A stretch of DNA of 64,000 nucleotides, from assembly GCA_003644505.1 (NCBI GenBank), contig QNCM01000002.1:4414-68413 (forward strand), written 5' to 3'. This document shows positions 49,275 to 58,171 of this stretch, piece after piece. This stretch comes from Candidatus Makaraimicrobium thalassicum. Its GTDB lineage: Bacteria; Omnitrophota; Gorgyraeia; Tantalellales; Tantalellaceae. How positions within the stretch are numbered: position 1 is the first letter of the stretch; each line of letters begins with the position of its first letter. Below the pieces are notes generated by a model, which ran no database searches, was not told the DNA's origin, and saw nothing but the letters and a program-made list of their open reading frames with translations. The translations under genes and the position numbers were made by a program.

Positions 49275-50616
49275 TTGCATTCCCGCCGTATGTATCGTAG
49301 GCAGGCCGAACGTCGGGAAGTCGTCCCTTTTCAACTGCCTGCTGGGAGAGAGACGGGCCGTGGTCGTCGAGCAATCCGGGACTACCCGGGACAGGCTTGA
49401 AACGGTTATCCGCATGGGAGGAGCCGATGTCAAGCTTGTGGATACAGGCGGCTATACCCCCGGGGGCAGTGACGAACTTTCTTTGCAGGTCAAAGACCAG
49501 ATACACAGGGCGATGGAGGAGGCCGCCATCATACTCATGGTGACTGATACCATGGCCGGTGTTTCACCTTTTGATAAAGAAGTGGCGTCCCTTCTAAGAA
49601 GATTCGATAAACCTGTTATCCTGGTGGCGAACAAGACCGATAATGATAAACTCCGGAACGATACGCTTGAGTTCTATCAGCTGGGATTCGGAGAGCCCGA
49701 GGCAGTTTCCTGCCTGCACAGAAGGGGAATAGGCGGGCTGAGAAAACGCGTACAGGTATCCATCAGGGAGATCACCGGAGGCAGAGGGACACGCGGAAAG
49801 GAAGAACAGGTTCCCAGAAAAATAGCGGTTGTGGGCAGGCCGAACGTCGGAAAATCATCTTTCGTGAACAATTTACTGGAACACAAGCGTGTTATAGTAA
49901 GTGATATCCCCGGGACCACAAGGGATTCCATCGATACGTATTTCAACTGCGGGGGAGATAAATATATACTGATCGATACTGCCGGTATCCGTCACAGGCG
50001 GAAGGTCAAGGTCGCAGTCGATACCTACAGCATAATGAGGGCCAGGGAATCCATCAAAAGGGCGGATGTGGTGATCCTGTTGCTTGATGCCGCGGACGGG
50101 GTGACCAGAGATGATATATCTATACTGAATTTTATCGAGGCCAGCGGTAAAGCATGTCTTATACTTGTAAACAAATGGGATCTGGCCGAGGAGACCGGCG
50201 GTATTTCGGTTGAGGATTACCAGCGCCATCTTGTTTATGCCTCTAATGAACTCAGCAAGTTCCCGATATCGTTTGTCTCTTCGAAAACCGGGAAAAATGT
50301 GATGAGCAGCCTTTCCATGGTCAAGGTCCTGGATTCGAATCTCGATCTTAAGGTTTCCACACCGTTCTTGAACAGGATATTCGAGAAGAAAAATCCCTCA
50401 AGGATCCCGGTTCCCAGAAGAAAAAAAAGGCCCAATTTTCTTTACATAATCCAGAGCAGACACAGACCTGTGGAGTTTAAGTTTTTTGTAAGCGACCCGT
50501 CAAATGTTCTTCCTTCTCATATCAGCGCCATAGAGAATCAGTTGCGGGCTAACCTGCCGCTTTCAGGGATCCCTGTGAAAATAGTGACAACGAAGTCAAG
50601 AAAGGTGAAAAAGTGA
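49261..50616 (+). CDS. der: Ribosome-biogenesis GTPase Der (EngA)
   Basis: There are two tandem G domains. The first has GRPNVGKSSLFN, DTGG and NKTD. The second has GRPNVGKSSFVN, DTAG and NKWD. A KH-like C-terminus follows. Confidence 0.9.
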   Translation: MENYSCIPAVCIVGRPNVGKSSLFNCLLGERRAVVVEQSGTTRDRLETVIRMGGADVKLVDTGGYTPGGSDELSLQVKDQIHRAMEEAAIILMVTDTMAGVSPFDKEVASLLRRFDKPVILVANKTDNDKLRNDTLEFYQLGFGEPEAVSCLHRRGIGGLRKRVQVSIREITGGRGTRGKEEQVPRKIAVVGRPNVGKSSFVNNLLEHKRVIVSDIPGTTRDSIDTYFNCGGDKYILIDTAGIRHRRKVKVAVDTYSIMRARESIKRADVVILLLDAADGVTRDDISILNFIEASGKACLILVNKWDLAEETGGISVEDYQRHLVYASNELSKFPISFVSSKTGKNVMSSLSMVKVLDSNLDLKVSTPFLNRIFEKKNPSRIPVPRRKKRPNFLYIIQSRHRPVEFKFFVSDPSNVLPSHISAIENQLRANLPLSGIPVKIVTTKSRKVKK

Positions 50617-51245
50617 TATATATCGCGCTTTCGATTATTACCGCATACCTTGTCGGGGCGATCCCGACGGCGTATATTTTCGGCAGAATATTGAAGGGTA
50701 TTGATATCAGGGAGTATGGCAGCGGTAATGTCGGGGCTACAAACGTGGTCCGGGCTGTGGGGAAGATTCCCGGGATTATCGTGCTTGCTATTGATTTTTT
50801 GAAAGGAGTAGCGGTAGTTACTGTAATACCCCCGAATATCCAGAGGTTTTTCCCTGAAGCAGCGGGATCTCAGGCCTACGGGTTTATTTACATTTTAGCG
50901 GGCGCGGCAGCCATAGCAGGACATATCTGGCCGGTTTTTTTGAAGTTTAAAGGCGGCAAAGGCGTAGCGACTTCAGCAGGGGTAATGGCAGGGCTTTCTC
51001 CCTGGATTCTCCTGGCAGGTCTTGGGATATGGGCAGTTGTATTCTCGATCTGGAAATATGTTTCGCTGGCATCGGTCGTTGCCGCGGTTGCATTACCTGT
51101 TCTTGCGGTCCTGGCAGGGAAAAAACTGGACTTCATTATTTTTTGTGCGGTCTTGTGTCTGGTGGGGGTTTGTACCCACAGATCCAATATTAAAAGGTTG
51201 ATTCAGGGGACAGAAGGAAGGATAGTTAAGGTAAAAAAAAGTTAG
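50613..51245 (+). CDS. plsY: Glycerol-3-phosphate acyltransferase PlsY
   Basis: GSGNVGATNV, FLKGVA and KGGKGVATSAG are present in a polytopic protein. Confidence 0.9.
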   Translation: MIYIALSIITAYLVGAIPTAYIFGRILKGIDIREYGSGNVGATNVVRAVGKIPGIIVLAIDFLKGVAVVTVIPPNIQRFFPEAAGSQAYGFIYILAGAAAIAGHIWPVFLKFKGGKGVATSAGVMAGLSPWILLAGLGIWAVVFSIWKYVSLASVVAAVALPVLAVLAGKKLDFIIFCAVLCLVGVCTHRSNIKRLIQGTEGRIVKVKKS

Positions 51246-51255
51246 TAGGTATTTC

Positions 51256-51284
51256 TTGCAAACGGGAATGAAAAAGAGTATACT
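51256..51284 (+). promoter_or_regulatory. Sigma70-like promoter for the small orphan ORF
   Basis: TTGCAA (51256-51261), a 17-nt spacer, then TATACT (51279-51284). The ORF has an AAGGA RBS 7 nt before its ATG. Confidence 0.5.
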
Positions 51285-51366
51285 CATAATGATTGAGCAA
51301 TAGGGGATGAGTTTTTTTTTGTAACTTATTAAACATATTTAAAAAGTTTAAAAAATAAGGACGGAC

Positions 51367-51741
51367 ATGAGAAAAGTTGTTTACCGCAGTATACTGGGGA
51401 ATAATCCACGAAAACGCGAGGTTTCCATCGAAGAGATCAGCAATAAGCCAAAAAACCGGGTTGCCAGGAAGTGGATATGCAAGTATTTTTTAAACGAAAA
51501 ACACAGCTCCGAAAGATTGAAAGATCTCGAAAACTGGATACAAACAAAAAAGAATGCCGGTAACCATAAGCGTTGTCATATTTTGAGACGGTTTGATGCA
51601 CGGACCGGCGAAAATAAGATTGTCTGCAAAGTGCTTGGGGATCTCTTTGTTGTTTTTGGAAACACTGCTTACAAAATTTTATATATCAACGAACTCAGGA
51701 TACAGGTCGATACTGCCGGAAAAATGAAAAAAGGGGCGTAA
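51367..51741 (+). CDS. Hypothetical small basic protein (124 aa) in an AT-rich islet
   Basis: It has its own consensus-like promoter and RBS. The local GC content is far below the flanks, by eye. No motif I recognise is present. The sequence is K/R-rich. Confidence 0.4.
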   Translation: MRKVVYRSILGNNPRKREVSIEEISNKPKNRVARKWICKYFLNEKHSSERLKDLENWIQTKKNAGNHKRCHILRRFDARTGENKIVCKVLGDLFVVFGNTAYKILYINELRIQVDTAGKMKKGA

Positions 51742-51898
51742 GATGAATACTCCATTGCACAAAATGGCACATCTTACTGTATTTATGGCGGCTTTATGGA
51801 AGCTTGCCATGATCAAATACCGGATGTTTTTGATCGAAAAGACAATACGAAAGTAATCCCAGGAGCTGCATATACATGCGGCCCTTGCCTCCGCACCT

Positions 51899-51998
51899 GC
51901 ACCCCCGGGGAGCAACTAGGTTGCACCCGGGGGTGCATATCCTAACATTAACACTTTTAAGTTTTAAACTCATAGTCACATTGAAAAACTTAAAAGTG
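51899..51998. repeat. Two consecutive perfect hairpins in the plsY-gpsA intergenic region
   Basis: TGCACCCCCGGG (51899-51910) pairs with CCCGGGGGTGCA (51926-51937). CACTTTTAAGTTTT (51953-51966) pairs with AAAACTTAAAAGTG (51985-51998). Confidence 0.65.
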
Positions 51999-52124
51999 CA
52001 GGCCTGACCCCGTTGCTTTTATATTCCGATTCCGCATCGGAAATCTACTGTATAATGTGTAGAACATCCCCCTTTTATCTCATTGACTATCAAAATTATA
52101 TATGCTACACTTTTGTGAGTTATT

Positions 52125-53111
52125 ATGAGTAAAGTAAGCGTCATAGGAGACGGTGGCTGGGGGACTGCATTGGCCATTTTGCTGCATGCCAAGGGCATTG
52201 ATACTGTTCTTTGGAGTGTTTCCCCGGAATATGCCGAGAATCTGAGAAAAAAGAGAGAAAACACTAAATTTCTTAAGGGGATATCTCTACCGTGCGATCT
52301 GGAAATAACATCCGACGATTCCCTGATCAAAAATTCGGAATACGCTTTTTTTGTCGTTCCATGTGAATATTTACGTTCGGTTGCCGAGAGGTTCAGCGGC
52401 GCGGACTTTACTTATATTGTCAGCGCTACCAAAGGGATAGAGAACAGCTCTTTAAAACGGGCCTCGGAAATACTGGCCGAGTATTTCCCGGCTGAGAGGA
52501 TCAGTGTTTTATCCGGGCCGAGCATATCATTTGAGGTCGCGCAGAACATGCCTACAACAGTGGTCATTGCCTCTCGCAGCGCGGACAAGAAGGAGGTCCG
52601 GGATCTGCTGAGAACCGAACGTTTTCGCGTGTATACTTCCGCTGACGTCACGGGTGTGGAGATAGGCGGTGCTTTAAAAAACATCATTGCGATAGCCGCC
52701 GGTGTTTCTGACGGCCTGGGTTTTGGGACCAATTCCAAAGCTGCGATCCTGACCAGAGGGCTTGCCGAGATAACGCGTCTTGGAGTGAAGATGGGATCCG
52801 AGCGGTCGACATTCAGCGGCTTGAGCGGTATGGGCGATCTGGCAACCACCTGCATCAGCCCTTACAGCAGGAACCGGCGGTTTGGGGAACAGATCGGCAA
52901 GGGCAGGAGCATCGATGAGGCCCTGAGTGAAACCGAAATGGTCGTAGAGGGCATGGCTACCTGTAGATCGGCCTATGCGCTCGCGAAAGAATACAGCGTC
53001 GAGATGCCGATAACTCAGAAGGTGTATGAAGTCCTTTATGAGGGTACGGATCCAGGCGTTGCTGTCAGAGAGTTGATGACGCGTGATCCTAAGGAAGAGG
53101 ATTACGAATAA
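52125..53111 (+). CDS. gpsA: NAD(P)H-dependent glycerol-3-phosphate dehydrogenase
   Basis: MSKVSVIGDGGWGTALA (Rossmann), GALKNIIAIAAGVSDGLGFG and EGMATC are present. Confidence 0.9.
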   Translation: MSKVSVIGDGGWGTALAILLHAKGIDTVLWSVSPEYAENLRKKRENTKFLKGISLPCDLEITSDDSLIKNSEYAFFVVPCEYLRSVAERFSGADFTYIVSATKGIENSSLKRASEILAEYFPAERISVLSGPSISFEVAQNMPTTVVIASRSADKKEVRDLLRTERFRVYTSADVTGVEIGGALKNIIAIAAGVSDGLGFGTNSKAAILTRGLAEITRLGVKMGSERSTFSGLSGMGDLATTCISPYSRNRRFGEQIGKGRSIDEALSETEMVVEGMATCRSAYALAKEYSVEMPITQKVYEVLYEGTDPGVAVRELMTRDPKEEDYE

Positions 53112-53139
53112 ATCGCGGCTCACGAGTCGCGAAGAACAT

Positions 53140-53217
53140 CGGGACGTAGCGCAGTCTGGTTAGCGTACTAGTCTGGGGGACTAGGGGTCGCCGGTTCGAA
53201 TCCGGCCGTCCCGACCA
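53140..53217 (+). tRNA. tRNA-Pro (anticodon GGG)
   Basis: Manual fold: acceptor CGGGACG/CGTCCCG, D-arm GCGC-AGTCTGGTTA-GCGT, anticodon stem CTAGT/ACTAG with loop CTGGGGG (anticodon GGG), 5-nt variable loop, T-arm GCCGG-TTCGAAT-CCGGC. Discriminator A and encoded CCA follow. Confidence 0.85.
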
Positions 53218-53265
53218 GTATTTTGATCTCTTTGGGTTTGATCCGCGCAGCTTGTTGCGAGGTAG

Positions 53266-53309
53266 ACCACCAGATACTGGTGGTGTTTCTTCGCGGGAGA
53301 ACGAAGAAA
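53266..53309 (+). promoter_or_regulatory. Two adjacent hairpins between tRNA-Pro and hom (likely tRNA 3' terminator and/or hom leader structure)
   Basis: ACCACCAG-ATA-CTGGTGGT (53266-53284) is followed by GTTTCTT. TTTCTTCG-CGGGAGAA-CGAAGAAA spans 53286-53309. Confidence 0.4.
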
Positions 53310-53324
53310 AACAAAGAGGATAAC

Positions 53325-54632
53325 ATGAAATCAGTAAGCGTAGGACTGATAGGCCTTGGGACCATAGGCAAAGGCGTATATGATGCCATTGCACGCAACG
53401 GCCGGATGATCGCCCGGCGGACGGGCATTTCTCTTACTGTCAAAGGTGTATGTGATAAGGATAAAAAAGCACTGGACAGTATCAATGACGAAAAGTGCCC
53501 TGTCAAGATAAAGACGGCAGCCGCAGAGGACCTCGTCAATGACAGGGATATCGACATTATCGTCGAACTCATCGGCGGGCTGGACCCGGCCAGGGATATT
53601 ATATTAAGCGCTCTGCGGAATAAAAAGCACGTTGTTACCGCGAATAAAGCGCTGCTTTCCAGTCACTGGAAGGAAATTTTTGGCACTGCGTCTGAAAACA
53701 GGGTATTTGTGAAGTTTGAGGCCAGTGTGGGCGGGGCTATCCCCATTATCAGGACCTTGCGCGCGAGTCTTGCGGCGGATAACATAGATGTCATCTACGG
53801 TATTTTGAACGGGACGACGAATTTTATATTGAGCGAGATGTCGGAGAACGGCTGTTCCTTCGACAGGGCACTCGGGATAGCGCAGGAGAAGGGTATCGCT
53901 GAAAGAGATCCGGAGCTCGATATAAGCGGACGGGACAGTGCCCATAAACTGGCGATACTTTCGCTGCTCGGTTTTGGCCTGGATGTTTCTCCTGAGGATA
54001 TTTATACGGAAGGCATCGCGGATATAGCCCCGCAGGACATCCGAAACGCGGCCAGGTGGGGTTACAGCGTCAAGCTTCTCGCTATCGCGAAAAATACGCC
54101 CGAAGGGCTGCAGCTGAGGGTCCATCCCACGCTGCTCCCGTCGTCATATCTTCTTTCGGATGTCAGAGGGGCGGATAACGCTATTTTTGTCAAGGGGGAT
54201 CTTGCCGGAGAGTCTCTTCTTTTCGGTAAGGGCGCTGGAAGAAAACCCACTTCGAGTTCGGTCACCGGCGACATTGTTGAGATAGCCAGGCACGTTGCGT
54301 TTGCCGGCAAAGAGAACCCGTTCCCTTATAATTTGAATTATGCTTCCGGGGATAAAAGCATCAGCCGGATCGAGGAGTTATCTGTTTCATTTTATTTGAG
54401 GTTTTCCGTCATTGATGAACCCGGCGTCCTGGCAGGCATATCATCGGTCCTCGCGGAAAACAACATCAGTATTGCCAATGTCTCACAGGAAGAGCGGAGG
54501 GAGGGGGAGACGGTCCCTGTGATAATACTGACCCACAGGGCTGAAGAAGGCAGCATGCGCAAAGCTATTGCTGTGATAGACGGGCTGGACTATGTAAGTG
54601 ATAAGACGGTAGTTCTCAGGATCGAGGAATAA
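53325..54632 (+). CDS. hom: Homoserine dehydrogenase
   Basis: MKSVSVGLIGLGTIGKGV (NAD fold) follows an AGAGGA RBS. ASVGGAIPII, NGTTNFIL and a C-terminal ACT domain (FYLRFSVIDEPGVLAGISSVLAENNISIANV) are present. The upstream part of the ORF in the six-frame track (53223..54632, from 53223) overlaps no motif and lacks an RBS. Confidence 0.9.
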   Translation: MKSVSVGLIGLGTIGKGVYDAIARNGRMIARRTGISLTVKGVCDKDKKALDSINDEKCPVKIKTAAAEDLVNDRDIDIIVELIGGLDPARDIILSALRNKKHVVTANKALLSSHWKEIFGTASENRVFVKFEASVGGAIPIIRTLRASLAADNIDVIYGILNGTTNFILSEMSENGCSFDRALGIAQEKGIAERDPELDISGRDSAHKLAILSLLGFGLDVSPEDIYTEGIADIAPQDIRNAARWGYSVKLLAIAKNTPEGLQLRVHPTLLPSSYLLSDVRGADNAIFVKGDLAGESLLFGKGAGRKPTSSSVTGDIVEIARHVAFAGKENPFPYNLNYASGDKSISRIEELSVSFYLRFSVIDEPGVLAGISSVLAENNISIANVSQEERREGETVPVIILTHRAEEGSMRKAIAVIDGLDYVSDKTVVLRIEE

Positions 54633-54633
54633 C

Positions 54634-55698
54634 ATGGGAGTTATAGAACAATACAGGGAATATCTTCCGATTAATCAAAACACGCCGATTATAAGTCTGG
54701 AAGAAGGCAATACCCCGCTTATTAAGGCTGACCCTATTGCGGAGACCATAGGCCCCGGCTATAACGTATGGCTGAAATACGAGGGGCTTAATCCGACAGG
54801 CAGTTTTAAGGACAGGGGGATGACGGTTGCCGTCTCCAAGGCAGTGGAAGAAGGCGTCCATGCCGTTGCCTGCGCTTCTACGGGAAACACCTCCGCTTCA
54901 GCGGCGGCATACTCGGTACGGGCGAAGATAAAGTGTATTGTAGTTATCCCTGAGGGGGCGATAGCCCTCGGCAAACTGGCTCAGGCGCTTATACACGGAG
55001 CCTGTGTGATAGCCGTAAGAGGAAATTTTGATGAGGCGCTGAGTATAGTTCTGGAGTTAACCGGCAAATACCCGGTAACCCTTGTTAACTCGATCAATCC
55101 TTACAGGATAGAAGGGCAGAAGACGGCTTCTTTCGAGATATGTGACCGCCTGGGGCACGCGCCTGATTATCATGCCCTGCCCGTGGGTAATGCCGGGAAC
55201 ATCACGGCTTACTGGAAAGGGTACAGCGAATATAAGGAGCGGGGCAGGATAGACACGCGGCCGAAGATGCTCGGTTTTCAGGCAGCCGGTTCGGCGCCCA
55301 TAGTGGAGAAACGCGTTATAAAAGATCCCAAGACACTGGCTACCGCGATAAAAATAGGCAACCCGGCAAGCTGGAAGCAGGCCGAGGAGGCCCGGGATCG
55401 ATCCGGAGGGGTTATTGAAAAGGTCACTGATGATGAGATCATCGAGGCATACAAGCTGCTGGCCGACAAGGTGGGTGTGTTTGTCGAGCCGGCGTCAGCG
55501 GCCAGTGTGGCGGGTATCCTGAAAAAAGCGAAAGAGGGATATTTTCCCCCGAATGCTCCGTCTTCCCCGGAAAAGGACATTGTTTGTGTGCTGACCGGAC
55601 ATGGGCTGAAGGATCCTGAAAGGGCCATAAAATGTCTGGAGCATCCTGTGGTCGTGGATGCGAATCTGGAAGACGTGGTCAGGGAGGCAGGTCTGTAG
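54634..55698 (+). CDS. thrC: Threonine synthase
   Basis: EGNTPLI, the PLP lysine loop EGLNPTGSFKDRGMT, CASTGNTSAS and HALPVGNAGN are present. Confidence 0.9.
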   Translation: MGVIEQYREYLPINQNTPIISLEEGNTPLIKADPIAETIGPGYNVWLKYEGLNPTGSFKDRGMTVAVSKAVEEGVHAVACASTGNTSASAAAYSVRAKIKCIVVIPEGAIALGKLAQALIHGACVIAVRGNFDEALSIVLELTGKYPVTLVNSINPYRIEGQKTASFEICDRLGHAPDYHALPVGNAGNITAYWKGYSEYKERGRIDTRPKMLGFQAAGSAPIVEKRVIKDPKTLATAIKIGNPASWKQAEEARDRSGGVIEKVTDDEIIEAYKLLADKVGVFVEPASAASVAGILKKAKEGYFPPNAPSSPEKDIVCVLTGHGLKDPERAIKCLEHPVVVDANLEDVVREAGL

Positions 55699-55701
55699 GA
55701 T

Positions 55702-56907
55702 ATGAAGTACATTGTGCTTGTGCCTGACGGGATGGCGGATACTCCCCTTAAGGAGCTTAATGACCGCACCTGTATGGAGGCGGCTAACGCGCCCAATATG
55801 GACATGATCGCGAGGAAGGGTGTCGTTGGTATGGTCAAGAACATTCCCAGGGGGATGACACCTGCCAGTGATGTTGCAAACCTTTCCATACTGGGATACG
55901 CGCCGCAGGAATATTATTGCGGACGCGGACCCCTGGAAGCCGCCAATCTCGGCGTGGATCTTACTGAGAGCGATGTGGCTTTCCGGTTTAATACGGTGAC
56001 AGTGGCCGCCGACAGGATGGTCGATTACAGCGCAGGCCATATCACGACGAAAGAGACGTCCATCCTGGTGGACCAGCTGGACAGGGAACTCGGTAACGAA
56101 ATGTACCGGTTCTATGCCGGGACGAGTTACCGTAACCTGCTGGTGGCGCATTGCGATTCTCCGGAAGAAGCGGACCGGCTGTCAAAGGTGCGATGTTACC
56201 CTCCGCACGATATACTGGATAAGTCGGTTTCCAGGCATCTGCCGAAGCACCGCGGGCTGGTCGGATTGATGGAACGTTCAAAAGGCATACTGGAGGGTCA
56301 TGATATCAACAGGGTGCGGATCGATCTGGGGCAGAATCCCGCTAACATGATATGGATCTGGGGCCAGGGGAAGAAACCCGACATGCCCGGATTTGAGGAC
56401 GCTTACGGGATCTCCGGCGGCATGATATCCGCGGTGGACCTGCTTAAGGGATTGGGGCATATACTCGGGCTTGAGGTTGGCGAAGTCCCCGGCGCGACAG
56501 GGTATTACGATACAGATTATGAAGGCAAGGCCCGGGCGGCCCTGGATATACTTCAGCGAAGAGACATGGTCTTTGTTCATGTTGAGGCCCCTGACGAGGC
56601 GGGGCACAACGGCGAGGTCATGGAGAAAATAAAGGCGATAGAAAATTTTGACAGGAAGATCACGGGCAGGATCATCGGGGAACTTTCTGAAAGGAAATGC
56701 GATTACAGGGTATTGATCCTGCCGGATCATCCTACGCCGGTAAAGAAGAGGACCCATACATCCGATCCGGTGCCCTTTGCGATCGCCGGTAAAGGAGTCG
56801 TCCCCGATAATGTCACAGTATTCACTGAAAAAGCGGCAAAGGCAGGGAGTATGGCGGTGAATCAGGGATCGGAGCTGATGAGGTTCCTGCTGACGCTCGA
56901 GGCATAG
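55702..56907 (+). CDS. apgM: Cofactor-independent phosphoglycerate mutase, archaeal-type (ApgM family)
   Basis: MKYIVLVPDGMADTP, HVEAPDEAGH and LILPDHPTP are metal-binding motifs of the ApgM/phosphopentomutase-like fold. Confidence 0.8.
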   Translation: MKYIVLVPDGMADTPLKELNDRTCMEAANAPNMDMIARKGVVGMVKNIPRGMTPASDVANLSILGYAPQEYYCGRGPLEAANLGVDLTESDVAFRFNTVTVAADRMVDYSAGHITTKETSILVDQLDRELGNEMYRFYAGTSYRNLLVAHCDSPEEADRLSKVRCYPPHDILDKSVSRHLPKHRGLVGLMERSKGILEGHDINRVRIDLGQNPANMIWIWGQGKKPDMPGFEDAYGISGGMISAVDLLKGLGHILGLEVGEVPGATGYYDTDYEGKARAALDILQRRDMVFVHVEAPDEAGHNGEVMEKIKAIENFDRKITGRIIGELSERKCDYRVLILPDHPTPVKKRTHTSDPVPFAIAGKGVVPDNVTVFTEKAAKAGSMAVNQGSELMRFLLTLEA

Positions 56908-56923
56908 CAGGCTGTGAGGAGTA

Positions 56924-58171
56924 ATGGCTAAAAAAGGTATCATAGTGCAAAAATACGGCGGGACCAGTGTGGCTAACCCGAAGAGGATCATGGGAGTGGC
57001 CGGGAGGGTTGCCGCATGTAAAAAGAAGGGGTACGACGTAGTTGTCGTGGTTTCAGCCCTCGGGGATACGACTAACGAGCTGCTGGATTTGGCCTCTCAG
57101 ATCAGCAGGAGGCCGCCGGAAAGGGAACTTGATGTGCTTATGTCGACCGGTGAGCAGGTTTCAGTGGCACTTCTGGCCATGGCTCTGGATAAACTCGGGG
57201 AAGAGGCCATTTCCTTCACCGGTGCCCAGGTGGGTATTGTTACTGATTCGTCTCACACGAAAGCGAAGATTCTGGATGTCAGCACGGGCAGGATCAAAAA
57301 ACAGCTGAAAAACGGCAGGATAGTCATTATTGCCGGATTCCAGGGGGTCAATCTGGATCAGGAGATCACGACTCTTGGAAGAGGAGGGTCGGATATGACA
57401 GCCGTGGCCCTGGCAAAGGTTTTAAAAGCAGAGATGTGTGAGATATATACGGATGTTAAAGGCATTTATACGGCTGATCCCGGGGTAGTCCGGGATGCCC
57501 GTAAACTTGACAGCATAAGTTATGAGGAGATGCTGGAAATGGCATCTCTCGGAGCTCAGGTTATTCAGGCAAGAAGCATGGAGGTCGCCGGTAAATTTAA
57601 TATCCCGGTGCATGTGCGTTCAAGCTTTTCTTATGACAAAGGGACTCTGATAACCAAGGAGGTCAGGGACATGGAAGATGTCTTGGTGTGCGGCGTTACC
57701 GCGAACAAGAATGAGGCGAAAGTTACCGTGTGTGACGTTCCGGACAAACCGGGAGAAGCCAGCAGGATATTCGAACGGCTGGCCAAAGCTGATGTCAACA
57801 TAGACATGATCATACAGAATGTATCCCGCACAAAATTAACGGATATCTCTTTTACCGTGGAGAAAGATGACCTGTACAAAACCCAGGATGTGGTAAAAAA
57901 GATCGCCGGGGAGATCGGCGCCAGGGGCGTCAGGTATGACAAGGACATAGCCAAGGTATCGGTTGTCGGGATAGGCATGCGCAGTCATTCGGGTGTCGCG
58001 GCAAAGATGTTCGGCGTGCTTGCGTCGGAAAAGATCAACATAGAGATGATCTCTACAAGCGAGATCAAGATATCCTGTGTTGTTGAAAAAAAGCGCGCCG
58101 ATAAGGCCGTAAGGGCGCTTCACAGGGCGTTCGGTTTGGGGAAAAAGGTGAAGAAAAAGAGGTCAGGATGA
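56924..58171 (+). CDS. lysC: Aspartate kinase
   Basis: IVQKYGGTSV, VVVVSALGDTTNEL and TLGRGGSDMTAVALA are present. Two C-terminal ACT domains are present. Confidence 0.9.
   Translation: MAKKGIIVQKYGGTSVANPKRIMGVAGRVAACKKKGYDVVVVVSALGDTTNELLDLASQISRRPPERELDVLMSTGEQVSVALLAMALDKLGEEAISFTGAQVGIVTDSSHTKAKILDVSTGRIKKQLKNGRIVIIAGFQGVNLDQEITTLGRGGSDMTAVALAKVLKAEMCEIYTDVKGIYTADPGVVRDARKLDSISYEEMLEMASLGAQVIQARSMEVAGKFNIPVHVRSSFSYDKGTLITKEVRDMEDVLVCGVTANKNEAKVTVCDVPDKPGEASRIFERLAKADVNIDMIIQNVSRTKLTDISFTVEKDDLYKTQDVVKKIAGEIGARGVRYDKDIAKVSVVGIGMRSHSGVAAKMFGVLASEKINIEMISTSEIKISCVVEKKRADKAVRALHRAFGLGKKVKKKRSG

Noticed and set aside
53223-53324. Upstream extension of the hom ORF (MISLGLIRAACCEVDHQ...) starting at 53223
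   Set aside because: It would begin 5 nt after the tRNA-Pro end, inside the hairpin region, with no RBS. The Met at 53325 has an AGAGGA RBS, and the Rossmann motif begins there.
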